Assembly: GCF_022045235.1 (NCBI RefSeq)
Contig: NW_027266330.1
Location: 31,620,001 to 31,684,000 of the forward strand
DNA from: Haliotis cracherodii
Taxonomy: Eukaryota
Direction of reading: 5' to 3'
Length of the DNA stretch: 64,000 nt
The position numbers and the translations under genes were made by a program. A model generated the notes under the pieces. It was not told the DNA's origin, ran no database searches, and saw only the letters and a program-made list of their open reading frames with translations. Below are positions 9,630 through 24,852 of this stretch, in pieces (the stretch's first letter is position 1; the number at the start of each line of letters is the position of its first letter).

Positions 9630-11546
9630 GAGAAATCACAAGTCCCATCCACATCAACTAGTGCTGCATTTACCTTGTTATTCATTTTTTGTAATTGTAC
9701 ACAAATGTTGCCTGACAGTGTGCAAAGGGCATCCTCTTATATTGTAAACCACATTTGTTTGTTGATGAATATGCTGAGGAAATAAATAATGAAGTCGATA
9801 TTATAATCTTGATCAGTTGCTGACACGCTCACGACATCTTGAAGACATCATTCGTATAGAAAGTTTGAGAGAGAGAGAGAGAAAAGGTTAATTTGAGATG
9901 GTATCTCACAATACCAAGCCTTCGATCATTTTACTTGGTTCTGAGTATGGCAATCATTCGAAGATATCGTCCTTAATCTATTCTTTGAAATAGGAAAAGA
10001 TACAGACTAATCAATTGAAATGAAACACATTAGGTATTGATGGAGAAGAAGAGATTCCAATGTAATGGTTGCACCATAACATTAAATACAGTTTGGAGCG
10101 TAGCAATTCGTTTGCCCGTATCCATGCCGATCCTATAGCAAAAGGATTTAGACAGACGAACCACAACCCCATATGATATTCATCTGAGAGAGATATATGC
10201 CAGGTTGAATTTCATATTATCAGAGCATTTAATTGTTTCTCTTTCCTTTTGAAATGTACATGCCCAAGTGCTTAAGGAGAGAGTCATACATGTTAAAAAG
10301 TGTCAATGCATACAGCATGCAAAACAAAAGGAAATTGAAACATTGACATCAACACAGGCCAAATAACATTTTTGATCCAAGTCAGCACTTGATGAATACT
10401 ATTCCCCTGAAAGCACTAAAAAGTAAAGATCAGAATATCCTGACATGAAACAGTGGGCATCTTTCAAAAACAATGCTAACAACGTGCTTATGTATATCTA
10501 GCAACATACTCCAATTTCCATCATGTGCTTTAACAGCATTCTGTATTCAAAGATATAAATCATGACACCGTACTTTGTAATTCTCCCCAAAACATGACAG
10601 TTATACACTGAAGATGATGTCTCTAGATCATTTAACATACATAAACTTTATTGTACATGCCTATTTATTTATTTATATAGTAACCTTTTAAGTACCCGAC
10701 GTCCACCCAAAAGCTTCTAAGATGGTAAATATCCAGATACTTAAGCCAAATGAGCTGCTTCAATTATACCATGATGATGGTATTCATCAAAAATAGTATT
10801 TGAAATGCTTCAAAACATACGTGCTGTATTTCGATCATGTAAGACTGGTTGGGAAAATGGTCAGATTAACATAGCATTTACGACCTCCAACAGATGTGTA
10901 CAATAAGTTCCAGATTTGACTGTACATGTATTCACTTTGCCTTTGTCTACCTGATTAAGGATTTTTTTTAGGATTGTGGACATGGTTTTCTCGAGTTTTT
11001 TAATTGAAACTAAACGTTCAGAGAAGCATCAGACGATTTCCAAGCTGATAGAAGTTTCTGTGACTTGGTTTCTGTGGAAGCGAAAGTAACCACATCGGAT
11101 TTTTAAGTAACACAATGTACTGCACCGTTTGATCAATCCCGATTTAATCAATTAACAATGATTGATAATCCCTGGAGATAACAGGACTAGATTGGTTGAA
11201 CTCTTCTCAGACCTCTCCCTTTATACGGAAACTTGTTTTGACAAGAAGTTGATTGGTTTCTCAAGTGGACAGTGAGATTCCTTTCGGATCAAAGCCGAAT
11301 GAAGTTGTAGTGTAGCTTTGATCTCGCCACTGGCTTCGAAAATGCTCTCTTTGATCTATAAATCTCTACTACTATGTTTATACTAAGGGTCAGTATAAAT
11401 GTTTTGCACGGACTGGAGTCCTTCACTGCATCTCAATCCGTGAGAACGAACACATCTACTTTCCAATTATCTAAATTTGGCGCTACTGAATTCCTGTAGT
11501 ATTACATCCGACTGCATTCTAGTGTTGTGTCCGAAGGCCCTAGAAC

Positions 11547-12168
11547 ATGGATCCAGTTCAAGTTGCCATCAAGCTGAGACGACTCCTTATTGCCCACGAC
11601 AATGCAGTGAAAGAGATCCTGACATTAGGTAAATATGAACTGTGCTCTTTTTCAGTCCCCTGCAAACATTGCAATATCGGTATCACACTGAATTTTAGAA
11701 TTGAACAAAATAAAATGATATTGTTGTGAACACATTTACCGAGATTTCTAATTACCCGTTTTATTGTTTTCAGATACCCAAGTCTACCATCTGATGCGGA
11801 AGATGACAGCCAACTCCTCCAACAACTGCATAATCCGAGGTGAACAGCTGATCCAGAGACGATGGGTGCTGGAAGGTGTCAAGGAGATGTTTACCATCTA
11901 CAGACAACTCAAGTGGCAAGAGGTGCAAGCCTGTGTAAACGCCATCACCAAAGATGCTTCTGGAGAGAGTGATTCGGAGGCGGACTGGAATGGAGATACC
12001 TCTTTCAATGACGATGAAGCTTCCTTCACGGAACTCTTGTCCGACAGCTCATATAGTGAGGACGACGAAGACCAGGGAGACCTATACAGCAACGACAGCA
12101 GCTACGATATGACGACTCTCAGTCGAGCTTTGTCTGTAGACGACAGTGCACTTCATAGAAACGCCTAA
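11547..12168 (+). CDS. Array gene copy, 158 aa (intron 11629-11773)
   Basis: Same structure as the 9008 copy. Confidence 0.88.
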
Positions 12169-14083
12169 GAGAAATCACAAGTCCCATCCACATCAACTAG
12201 TGCTGCATTTACCTTGTTATTCATTTTTTGTTATTGTACACAAATGTTGCCTGACAGTGTGCAAAGGGCATCCTATTATATTGTAAACCACATTTGTTTG
12301 TTGATGAATATGCTGAGGAAATAAATAATGAAGTCGATATTATAATCTTGATCAGTTGCTGACACGCTCACGACATCTTGAAGACATCATTCGTATAGAA
12401 AGTTTGTGAGAGAGAGAGAGAAAAGGTTAATTTGAGATGGTATCTCACAATACCAAGCCTTCGATCATTTTACTTGGTTCTGAGTATGGCAATCATTCGA
12501 AGATATCGTCCTTAATCTATTCTTTGAAATAGGAAAAGATACAGACTAATCAATTGAAATGAAACACATTAGGTATTGATGGAGAAGAAGAGATTCCAAT
12601 GTAATGGTTGCACCATAACATTAAATACAGTTTGGAGCGTAGCAATTCGTTTGCCCGTATCCATGCCGATCCTATAGCAAAAGGATTTAGACAGACGAAC
12701 CACAACCCCATATGATATTCATCTGAGAGAGATATATGCCAGGTTGAATTTCATATTATCAGAGCATTTAATTGTTTCTCTTTCCTTTTGAAATGTACAT
12801 GCCCAAGTGCTTAAGGAGAGAGTCATACATGTTAAAAAGTGTCAATGCATACAGCATGCAAAACAAAAGGAAATTGAAACATTGACATCAACACAGGCCA
12901 AATAACATTTTTGATCCAAGTCAGCACTTGATGAATACTATTCCCCTGAAAGCACTAAAAAGTAAAGATCAGAATATCCTGACATGAAACAGTGGGCATC
13001 TTTCAAAAACAATGCTAACAACGTGCTTATGTATATCTAGCAACATACTCCAATTTCCATCATGTGCTTTAACAGCATTCTGTATTCAAAGATATAAATC
13101 ATGACACCGTACTTTGTAATTCTCCCCAAAACATGACAGTTATACACTGAAGATGATGTCTCTAGATCATTAAGCATACATAAACTTTATTGTACATGCC
13201 TATTTATTTATTTATATAGTAACCTTTTAAGTACCCGACGTCCACCCAAAAGCTTCTAAGATGGTAAATATCCAGATACTTAAGCCAAATGAGCTGCTTC
13301 AATTATACCATGATGATGGTATTCATCAAAAATAGTATTTGAAATGCTTCAAAACATACGTGCTGTATTTCGATCATGTAAGACGGGTTGGGAAAATGCT
13401 CAGATTAACATAGCATTTACGACCTCAAACAGATGTGTACAATAAGTTCCAGATTTGACTGTACATGTCTTCACTTTGCCTTTGCCTACCTGATTAAGGA
13501 TTTTTTAGGATTGTGGACATGGTTTTCTCGGCTTTTTTAATTGAAACTAAACGTTCAGAGAAGCATTAGACGATTTCCAAGCTGATAGAAGTTTCTGTGA
13601 CTTGGTTTCTGTGGAAGCGAAAGTAACCACATCGGATTTTTAAGTAACACAATGTACTGCACCGTTTGATCAATCCCGATTTAATCAATTAACAATGATT
13701 GATAATCCCTGGAGATAACAGGACTAGATTGGTTGAACTCTTCTCAGACCTGTCCCTTTATACGGAAACTTGTTTTGACAAGAAGTTGATTGGTTTCTCA
13801 AGTGGACAGTGAGATTCCTTTCGGATCAAAGCCGAATGAAGTTGTAGTGTAGCTTTGATCTCGCCACTGGCTTCGAAAATGCTCTCTTTGATCTATAAAT
13901 CTCTACTACTATGTTTATACTAAGGGTCAGTATAAATGTTTTGCACGGACTGGAGTCCTTCACTGCATCTCAATCCGTGAGAACGAACACATCTACTTTC
14001 CAATTATCTAAATTTGGCGCTACTGAATTCCTGTAGTATTACATCCGACTGCATTCTAGTGTTGTGTCCGAAGGCCCTAGAAA

Positions 14084-14705
14084 ATGGATCCAGTTCAAGT
14101 TGCCATCAAGCTGAGACGACTCCTTATTGCCCACGACAATGCAGTGAAAGAGATCCTGACATTAGGTAAATATGAACTGTGCTTTTTTTCAGTCCCCTGC
14201 AAACATTGCAATATCGGTATCACACTGAATTTTAGAATTGAACAAAATAAAATGATATTGTTGTGAACACATTTACCGAGATTTCTAATTACCCGTTTTA
14301 TTGTTTTCAGATACCCAAGTCTACCATCTGATGCGGAAGATGACAGCCAACTCCTCCAACAACTGCATAATCCGAGGTGAACAGCTGATCCAGAGACGAT
14401 GGGTGCTGGAAGGTGTCAAGGAGATGTTTACCATCTACAGACAACTCAAGTGGCAAGAGGTGCAAGCCTGTGTAAACGCCATCACCAAAGATGCTTCTGG
14501 AGAGAGTGATTCGGAGGCGGACTGGAATGGAGATACCTCTTTCAATGACGATGAAGCTTCCTTCACGGAACTCTTGTCCGACAGCTCATATAGTGAGGAC
14601 GACGAAGACCAGGGAGACCTATACAGCAACGACAGCAGCTACGATATGACGACTCTCAGTCGAGCTTTGTCTGTAGACGACAGTGCACTTCATAGAAACG
14701 CCTAA
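14084..14705 (+). CDS. Array gene copy, 158 aa (intron 14166-14310)
   Basis: Same structure as the 9008 copy. Confidence 0.88.
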
Positions 14706-16620
14706 GAGAAATCACAAGTCCCATCCACATCAACTAGTGCTGCATTTACCTTGTTATTCATTTTTTGTTATTGTACACAAATGTTGCCTGACAGTGTGCA
14801 AAGGGCATCCTATTATATTGTAAACCACATTTGTTTGTTGATGAATATGCTGAGGAAATAAATAATGAAGTCGATATTATAATCTTGATCAGTTGCTGAC
14901 ACGCTCACGACATCTTGAAGACATCATTCGTATAGAAAGTGTGTGAGAGAGAGAGAGAAAAGGTTAATTTGAGATGGTATCTCACAATACCAAGCCTTCG
15001 ATCATTTTACTTGGTTCTGAGTATGGCAATCATTCGAAGATATCGTCCTTAATCTATTCTTTGAAATAGGAAAAGATACAGACTAATCAATTGAAATGAA
15101 ACACATTAGGTATTGATGGAGAAGAAGAGATTCCAATGTAATGGTTGCACCATAACATTAAATACAGTTTGGAGCGTAGCAATTCGTTTGCCCGTATCCA
15201 TGCCGATCCTATAGCAAAAGGATTTAGACAGACGAACCACAACCCCATATGATATTCATCTGAGAGAGATATATGCCAGGTTGAATTTCATATTATCAGA
15301 GCATTTAATTGTTTCTCTTTCCTTTTGAAATGTACATGCCCAAGTGCTTAAGGAGAGAGTCATACATGTTAAAAAGTGTCAATGCATACAGCATGCAAAA
15401 CAAAAGGAAATTGAAACATTGACATCAACACAGGCCAAATAACATTTTTGATCCAAGTCAGCACTTGATGAATACTATTCCCCTGAAAGCACTAAAAAGT
15501 AAAGATCAGAATATCCTGACATGAAACAGTGGGCATCTTTCAAAAACAATGCTAACAACGTGCTTATGTATATCTAGCAACATACTCCAATTTCCATCAT
15601 GTGCTTTAACAGCATTCTGTATTCAAAGATATAAATCATGACACCGTACTTTGTAATTCTCCCCAAAACATGACAGTTATACACTGAAGATGATGTCTCT
15701 AGATCATTTAGCATACATAAACTTTATTGTACATGCCTATTTATTTATTTATATAGTAACCTTTTAAGTACCCGACGTCCACCCAAAAGCTTCTAAGATG
15801 GTAAATATCCAGATACTTAAGCCAAATGAGCTGCTTCAATTATACCATGATGATGGTATTCATCAAAAATAGTATTTGAAATGCTTCAAAACATACGTGC
15901 TGTATTTCGATCATGTAAGACGGGTTGGGAAAATGGTCAGATTAACATAGCATTTACGACCTCCAACAGATGTGTACAATAAGTTCCAGATTTGACTGTA
16001 CATGTCTTCACTTTGCCTTTGCCTACCTGATTAAGGATTTTTTAGGATTGTGGACATGGTTTTCTCGGGTTTTTTAATTGAAACTAAACGTTCAGAGAAG
16101 CATCAGACGATTTCCAAGCTGATAGAAGTTTCTGTGACTTGGTTTCTGTGGAAGCGAAAGTAACCACATCGGATTTTTAAGTAACACAATGTACTGCACC
16201 GTTTGATCAATCCCGATTTAATCAATTAACAATGATTGATAATCCCTGGAGATAACAGGACTAGATTGGTTGAACTCTTCTCAGACCTGTCCCTTTATAC
16301 GGAAACTTGTTTTGACAAGAAGTTGATTGGTTTCTCAAGTGGACAGTGAGATTCCTTTCGGATCAAAGCCGAATGAAGTTGTAGTGTAGCTTTGATCTCG
16401 CCACTGGCTTCGAAAATGCTCTCTTTGATCTATAAATCTCTACTACTATGTTTATACTAAGGGTCAGTATAAATGTTTTGCACGGACTGGAGTCCTTCAC
16501 TGCATCTCAATCCGTGAGAACGAACACATCTACTTTCCAATTATCTAAATTTGGCGCTACTGAATTCCTGTAGTATTACATCCGACTGCATTCTAGTGTT
16601 GTGTCCGAAGGCCCTAGAAA

Positions 16621-17242
16621 ATGGATCCAGTTCAAGTTGCCATCAAGCTGAGACGACTCCTTATTGCCCACGACAATGCAGTGAAAGAGATCCTGACATT
16701 AGGTAAATATGAACTGTGCTCTTTTTCAGTCCCCTGCAAACATTGCAATATCGGTATCACACTGAATTTTAGAATTGAACAAAATAAAATGATATTGTTG
16801 TGAACACATTTACCGAGATTTCTAATTACCCGTTTTATTGTTTTCAGATACCCAAGTCTACCATCTGATGCGGAAGATGACAGCCAACTCCTCCAACAAC
16901 TGCATAATCCGAGGTGAACAGCTGATCCAGAGACGATGGGTGCTGGAAGGTGTCAAGGAGATGTTTACCATCTACAGACAACTCAAGTGGCAAGAGGTGC
17001 AAGCCTGTGTAAACGCCATCACCAAAGATGCTTCTGGAGAGAGTGATTCGGAGGCGGACTGGAATGGAGATACCTCTTTCAATGACGATGAAGCTTCCTT
17101 CACGGAACTCTTGTCCGACAGCTCATATAGTGAGGACGACGAAGACCAGGGAGACCTATACAGCAACGACAGCAGCTACGATATGACGACTCTCAGTCGA
17201 GCTTTGTCTGTAGACGACAGTGCACTTCATAGAAACGCCTAA
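16621..17242 (+). CDS. Array gene copy, 158 aa (intron 16703-16847)
   Basis: Same structure as the 9008 copy. Confidence 0.88.
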
Positions 17243-19157
17243 GAGAAATCACAAGTCCCATCCACATCAACTAGTGCTGCATTTACCTTGTTATTCATTT
17301 TTTGTTATTGTACACAAATGTTGCCTGACAGTGTGCAAAGGGCATCCTATTATATTGTAAACCACATTTGTTTGTTGATGAATATGCTGAGGAAATAAAT
17401 AATGAAGTCGATATTATAATCTTGATCAGTTGCTGACACGCTCACGACATCTTGAAGACATCATTCGTATAGAAAGTGTGTGAGAGAGAGAGAGAAAAGG
17501 TTAATTTGAGATGGTATCTCACAATACCAAGCCTTCGATCATTTTACTTGGTTCTGAGTATGGCAATCATTCGAAGATATCGTCCTTAATCTATTCTTTG
17601 AAATAGGAAAAGATACAGACTAATCAATTGAAATGAAACACATTAGGTATTGATGGAGAAGAAGAGATTCCAATGTAATGGTTGCACCATAACATTAAAT
17701 ACAGTTTGGAGCGTAGCAATTCGTTTGCCCGTATCCATGCCGATCCTATAGCAAAAGGATTTAGACAGACGAACCACAACCCCATATGATATTCATCTGA
17801 GAGAGATATATGCCAGGTTGAATTTCATATTATCAGAGCATTTAATTGTTTCTCTTTCCTTTTGAAATGTACATGCCCAAGTGCTTAAGGAGAGAGTCAT
17901 ACATGTTAAAAAGTGTCAATGCATACAGCATGCAAAACAAAAGGAAATTGAAACATTGACATCAACACAGGCCAAATAACATTTTTGATCCAAGTCAGCA
18001 CTTGATGAATACTATTCCCCTGAAAGCACTAAAAAGTAAAGATCAGAATATCCTGACATGAAACAGTGGGCATCTTTCAAAAACAATGCTAACAACGTGC
18101 TTATGTATATCTAGCAACATACTCCAATTTCCATCATGTGCTTTAACAGCATTCTGTATTCAAAGATATAAATCATGACACCGTACTTTGTAATTCTCCC
18201 CAAAACATGACAGTTATACACTGAAGATGATGTCTCTAGATCATTTAGCATACATAAACTTTATTGTACATGCCTATTTATTTATTTATATAGTAACCTT
18301 TTAAGTACCCGACGTCCACCCAAAAGCTTCTAAGATGGTAAATATCCAGATACTTAAGCCAAATGAGCTGCTTCAATTATACCATGATGATGGTATTCAT
18401 CAAAAATAGTATTTGAAATGCTTCAAAACATACGTGCTGTATTTCGATCATGTAAGACGGGTTGGGAAAATGGTCAGATTAACATAGCATTTACGACCTC
18501 CAACAGATGTGTACAATAAGTTCCAGATTTGACTGTACATGTCTTCACTTTGCCTTTGCCTACCTGATTAAGGATTTTTTAGGATTGTGGACATGGTTTT
18601 CTCGGGTTTTTTAATTGAAACTAAACGTTCAGAGAAGCATCAGACGATTTCCAAGCTGATAGAAGTTTCTGTGACTTGGTTTCTGTGGAAGCGAAAGTAA
18701 CCACATCGGATTTTTAAGTAACACAATGTACTGCACCGTTTGATCAATCCCGATTTAATCAATTAACAATGATTGATAATCCCTGGAGATAACAGGACTA
18801 GATTGGTTGAACTCTTCTCAGACCTCTCCCTTTATACGGAAACTTGTTTTGACAAGAAGTTGATTGGTTTCTCAAGTGGACAGTGAGATTCCTTTCGGAT
18901 CAAAGCCGAATGAAGTTGTAGTGTAGCTTTGATCTCGCCACTGGCTTCGAAAATGCTCTCTTTGATCTATAAATCTCTACTACTATGTTTATACTAAGGG
19001 TCAGTATAAATGTTTTGCACGGACTGGAGTCCTTCACTGCATCTCAATCCGTGAGAACGAACACATCTACTTTCCAATTATCTAAATTTGGCGCTACTGA
19101 ATTCCTGTAGTATTACATCCGACTGCATTCTAGTGTTGTGTCCGAAGGCCCTAGAAA

Positions 19158-19779
19158 ATGGATCCAGTTCAAGTTGCCATCAAGCTGAGACGACTCCTTA
19201 TTGCCCACGACAATGCAGTGAAAGAGATCCTGACATTAGGTAAATATGAACTGTGCTCTTTTTCAGTCCCCTGCAAACATTGCAATATCGGTATCACACT
19301 GAATTTTAGAATTGAACAAAATAAAATGATATTGTTGTGAACACATTTACCGAGATTTCTAATTACCCGTTTTATTGTTTTCAGATACCCAAGTCTACCA
19401 TCTGATGCGGAAGATGACAGCCAACTCCTCCAACAACTGCATAATCCGAGGTGAACAGCTGATCCAGAGACGATGGGTGCTGGAAGGTGTCAAGGAGATG
19501 TTTACCATCTACAGACAACTCAAGTGGCAAGAGGTGCAAGCCTGTGTAAACGCCATCACCAAAGATGCTTCTGGAGAGAGTGATTCGGAGGCGGACTGGA
19601 ATGGAGATACCTCTTTCAATGACGATGAAGCTTCCTTCACGGAACTCTTGTCCGACAGCTCATATAGTGAGGACGACGAAGACCAGGGAGACCTATACAG
19701 CAACGACAGCAGCTACGATATGACGACTCTCAGTCGAGCTTTGTCTGTAGACGACAGTGCACTTCATAGAAACGCCTAA
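19158..19779 (+). CDS. Array gene copy, 158 aa (intron 19240-19384)
   Basis: Same structure as the 9008 copy. Confidence 0.88.
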
Positions 19780-21694
19780 GAGAAATCACAAGTCCCATCC
19801 ACATCAACTAGTGCTGCATTTACCTTGTTATTCATTTTTTGTTATTGTACACAAATGTTGCCTGACAGTGTGCAAAGGGCATCCTATTATATTGTAAACC
19901 ACATTTGTTTGTTGATGAATATGCTGAGGAAATAAATAATGAAGTCGATATTATAATCTTGATCAGTTGCTGACACGCTCACGACATCTTGAAGACATCA
20001 TTCGTATAGAAAGTGTGTGAGAGAGAGAGAGAAAAGGTTAATTTGAGATGGTATCTCACAATACCAAGCCTTCGATCATTTTACTTGGTTCTGAGTATGG
20101 CAATCATTCGAAGATATCGTCCTTAATCTATTCTTTGAAATAGGAAAAGATACAGACTAATCAATTGAAATGAAACACATTAGGTATTGATGGAGAAGAA
20201 GAGATTCCAATGTAATGGTTGCACCATAACATTAAATACAGTTTGGAGCGTAGCAATTCGTTTGCCCGTATCCATGCCGATCCTATAGCAAAAGGATTTA
20301 GACAGACGAACCACAACCCCATATGATATTCATCTGAGAGAGATATATGCCAGGTTGAATTTCATATTATCAGAGCATTTAATTGTTTCTCTTTCCTTTT
20401 GAAATGTACATGCCCAAGTGCTTAAGGAGAGAGTCATACATGTTAAAAAGTGTCAATGCATACAGCATGCAAAACAAAAGGAAATTGAAACATTGACATC
20501 AACACAGGCCAAATAACATTTTTGATCCAAGTCAGCACTTGATGAATACTATTCCCCTGAAAGCACTAAAAAGTAAAGATCAGAATATCCTGACATGAAA
20601 CAGTGGGCATCTTTCAAAAACAATGCTAACAACGTGCTTATGTATATCTAGCAACATACTCCAATTTCCATCATGTGCTTTAACAGCATTCTGTATTCAA
20701 AGATATAAATCATGACACCGTACTTTGTAATTCTCCCCAAAACATGACAGTTATACACTGAAGATGATGTCTCTAGATCATTTAGCATACATAAACTTTA
20801 TTGTACATGCCTATTTATTTATTTATATAGTAACCTTTTAAGTACCCGACGTCCACCCAAAAGCTTCTAAGATGGTAAATATCCAGATACTTAAGCCAAA
20901 TGAGCTGCTTCAATTATACCATGATGATGGTATTCATCAAAAATAGTATTTGAAATGCTTCAAAACATACGTGCTGTATTTCGATCATGTAAGACGGGTT
21001 GGGAAAATGGTCAGATTAACATAGCATTTACGACCTCCAACAGATGTGTACAATAAGTTCCAGATTTGACTGTACATGTCTTCACTTTGCCTTTGCCTAC
21101 CTGATTAAGGATTTTTTAGGATTGTGGACATGGTTTTCTCGGGTTTTTTAATTGAAACTAAACGTTCAGAGAAGCATCAGACGATTTCCAAGCTGATAGA
21201 AGTTTCTGTGACTTGGTTTCTGTGGAAGCGAAAGTAACCACATCGGATTTTTAAGTAACACAATGTACTGCACCGTTTGATCAATCCCGATTTAATCAAT
21301 TAACAATGATTGATAATCCCTGGAGATAACAGGACTAGATTGGTTGAACTCTTCTCAGACCTCTCCCTTTATACGGAAACTTGTTTTGACAAGAAGTTGA
21401 TTGGTTTCTCAAGTGGACAGTGAGATTCCTTTCGGATCAAAGCCTAATGAAGTTGTAGTGTAGCTTTGATCTCGCCACTGGCTTCGAAAATGCTCTCTTT
21501 GATCTATAAATCTCTACTACTATGTTTATACTAAGGGTCAGTATAAATGTTTTGCACGGACTGGAGTCCTTCACTGCATCTCAATCCGTGAGAACGAACA
21601 CATCTACTTTCCAATTATCTAAATTTGGCGCTACTGAATTCCTGTAGTATTACATCCGACTGCATTCTAGTGTTGTGTCCGAAGGCCCTAGAAA

Positions 21695-22316
21695 ATGGAT
21701 CCAGTTCAAGTTGCCATCAAGCTGAGACGACTCCTTATTGCCCACGACAATGCAGTGAAAGAGATCCTGACATTAGGTAAATATGAACTGTGCTCTTTTT
21801 CAGTCCCCTGCAAAAATTGCAATATCGGTATCACACTGAATTTTAGAATTGAACAAAATAAAATGATATTGTTGTGAACACATTTACCGAGATTTCTAAT
21901 TACCCGTTTTATTGTTTTCAGATACCCAAGTCTACCATCTGATGCGGAAGATGACAGCCAACTCCTCCAACAACTGCATAATCCGAGGTGAACAGCTGAT
22001 CCAGAGACGATGGGTGCTGGAAGGTGTCAAGGAGATGTTTACCATCTACAGACAACTCAAGTGGCAAGAGGTGCAAGCCTGTGTAAACGCCATCACCAAA
22101 GATGCTTCTGGAGAGAGTGATTCGGAGGCGGACTGGAATGGAGATACCTCTTTCAATGACGATGAAGCTTCCTTCACGGAACTCTTGTCCGACAGCTCAT
22201 ATAGTGAGGACGACGAAGACCAGGGAGACCTATACAGCAACGACAGCAGCTACGATATGACGACTCTCAGTCGAGCTTTGTCTGTAGACGACAGTGCACT
22301 TCATAGAAACGCCTAA
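21695..22316 (+). CDS. Array gene copy, 158 aa (intron 21777-21921)
   Basis: Same structure as the 9008 copy. Confidence 0.88.
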
Positions 22317-24230
22317 GAGAAATCACAAGTCCCATCCACATCAACTAGTGCTGCATTTACCTTGTTATTCATTTTTTGTTATTGTACACAAATGTTGCCT
22401 GACAGTGTGCAAAGGGCATCCTATTATATTGTAAACCACATTTGTTTGTTGATGAATATGCTGAGGAAATAAATAATGAAGTCGATATTATAATCTTGAT
22501 CATTTGCTGACACGCTCACGACATCTTGAAGACATCATTCGTATAGAAAGTTTGTGAGAGAGAGAGAGAGAAAAGGTTAATTTGAGATGGTATCTCACAA
22601 TACCAAGCCTTCGATCATTTTACTTGGTTCTGAGTATGGCAATCATTCGAAGATATCGTCCTTAATCTATTCTTTGAAATAGGAAAAGATACAGACTAAT
22701 CAATTGAAATGAAACACGTTAGGTATTGATGGAGAAGAGATTCCAATGTAATGGTTGCACCATAACATTAAATACAGTTTGGAGCGTTGCAATTCGTTTG
22801 CCCGTATCCATGCCGATCCTATAGCAAAAGGATTTAGACAGACGAACCACAACCCCATATGATATTCATCTGAGAGAGATATATGCCAGATGGAATTTCA
22901 TATTATCAGAGCATTTAATTGTTTCTCTTTCCTTTTGAAATGTACATGCCCAAGTGCTTAAGGAGAGAGTCATACATGTTAAAAAGTGTCAATGCATACA
23001 GCATGCAAAACAAAAGGAAATTGAAACATTGACATCAACACAGGCCAAATAACATTTTTGATCCAAGTCAGCACTTGATGAATACTATTCCCCTGAAAGC
23101 ACTAAAAAGTAAAGATCAGAATATCCTGACATGAAACAGTGGGCATCTTTCAAAAACAATGCTAACAACGTGCTTATGTTTATCTAGCAACATACTCCAA
23201 TTTCCATCATGTGCTTTAACAGTATTCTGTATTCAAAGATATAAATCATGACACCGTGCTTTGTAATTCTCCCCAAAACATGACAGTTATACACTGAAGA
23301 TGATGTCTCTAGATCATTTAACATACATAAACTTTATTGTACATGCCTATTTATTTATTTATATAGTAACCTTTTAAGTACCCGACGTCCACCCAAAAGC
23401 TTCTAAGATGGTAAATATCCGGATACTTAAGCCAAATGAGCTGCTTCAATTATACCATGATGATGGTATTCATCAAAAATAGTATTTGAAATGCTTCAAA
23501 ACATACGTGCTGTATTTCGATCATGTAAGACGGGTTGGGAAAATGGTCAGATTAACATAGCATTTACGACCTCAAACAGATGTGTACAATAAGTTCCAGA
23601 TTTGACTGTACATGTCTTCACTTTGCCTTTGCCTACCTGATTAAGGATTTTTTAGGATTGTGGACATGGTTTTCTCGGCTTTTTTAATTGAAACTAAACG
23701 TTCAGAGAAGCATCAGACGATTTCCAAGCTGATAGAAGTTTCTGTGACTTGGTTTCTGTGGAAGCGAAAGTAACCACATCGGATTTTTAAGTAACACAAT
23801 GTACTGCACCGTTTGATCAATCCCGATTTAATCAATTAACAATGATTGATAATCCCTGGAGATAACAGGACTAGATTGGTTGAACTCTTCTCAGACCTCT
23901 CCCTTTATACGGAAACTTGTTTTGACAAGAAGTTGATTGGTTTCTCAAGTGGACAGTGAGATTCCTTTCGGATCAAAGCCTAATGAAGTTGTAGTGTAGC
24001 TTTGATCTCGCCACTGGCTTCGAAAATGCTCTCTTTGATCTATAAATCTCTACTACTATGTTTATACTAAGGGTCAGTATAAATGTTTTGCACGGACTGG
24101 AGTCCTTCACTGCATCTCAATCCGTGAGAACGAACACATCTACTTTCCAATTATCTAAATTTGGCGCTACTGAATTCCTGTAGTATTACATCCGACTGCA
24201 TTCTAGTGTTGTGTCCGAAGGCCCTAGAAC

Positions 24231-24852
24231 ATGGATCCAGTTCAAGTTGCCATCAAGCTGAGACGACTCCTTATTGCCCACGACAATGCAGTGAAAGAGA
24301 TCCTGACATTAGGTAAATATGAACTGTGCTCTTTTTCAGTCCCCTGCAAACATTGCAATATCGGTATCACACTGAATTTTAGAATTGAACAAAATAAAAT
24401 GATATTGTTGTGAACACATTTACCGAGATTTCTAATTACCCGTTTTATTGTTTTCAGATACCCAAGTCTACCATCTGATGCGGAAGATGACAGCCAACTC
24501 CTCCAACAACTGCATAATCCGAGGTGAACAGCTGATCCAGAGACGATGGGTGCTGGAAGGTGTCAAGGAGATGTTTACCATCTACAGACAACTCAAGTGG
24601 CAAGAGGTGCAAGCCTGTGTAAACGCCATCACCAAAGATGCTTCTGGAGAGAGTGATTCGGAGGCGGACTGGAATGCAGATACCTCTTTCAATGACGATG
24701 AAGCTTCCTTCACGGAACTCTTGTCCGACAGCTCATATAGTGAGGACGACGAAGACCAGGGAGACCTATACAGCAACGACAGCAGCTACGATATGACGAC
24801 TCTCAGTCGAGCTTTGTCTGTAGACGACAGTGCACTTCATAGAAACGCCTAA
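24231..24852 (+). CDS. Array gene copy, 158 aa, G101A variant (intron 24313-24457)
   Basis: Same structure; WNADT instead of WNGDT. Confidence 0.88.

Noticed and set aside
9630-9790. CPE/Pumilio-like elements in the 3' UTR
   Set aside because: Only near-matches (TGTACACA, TTTTTGT) in T-rich sequence; not supportable.
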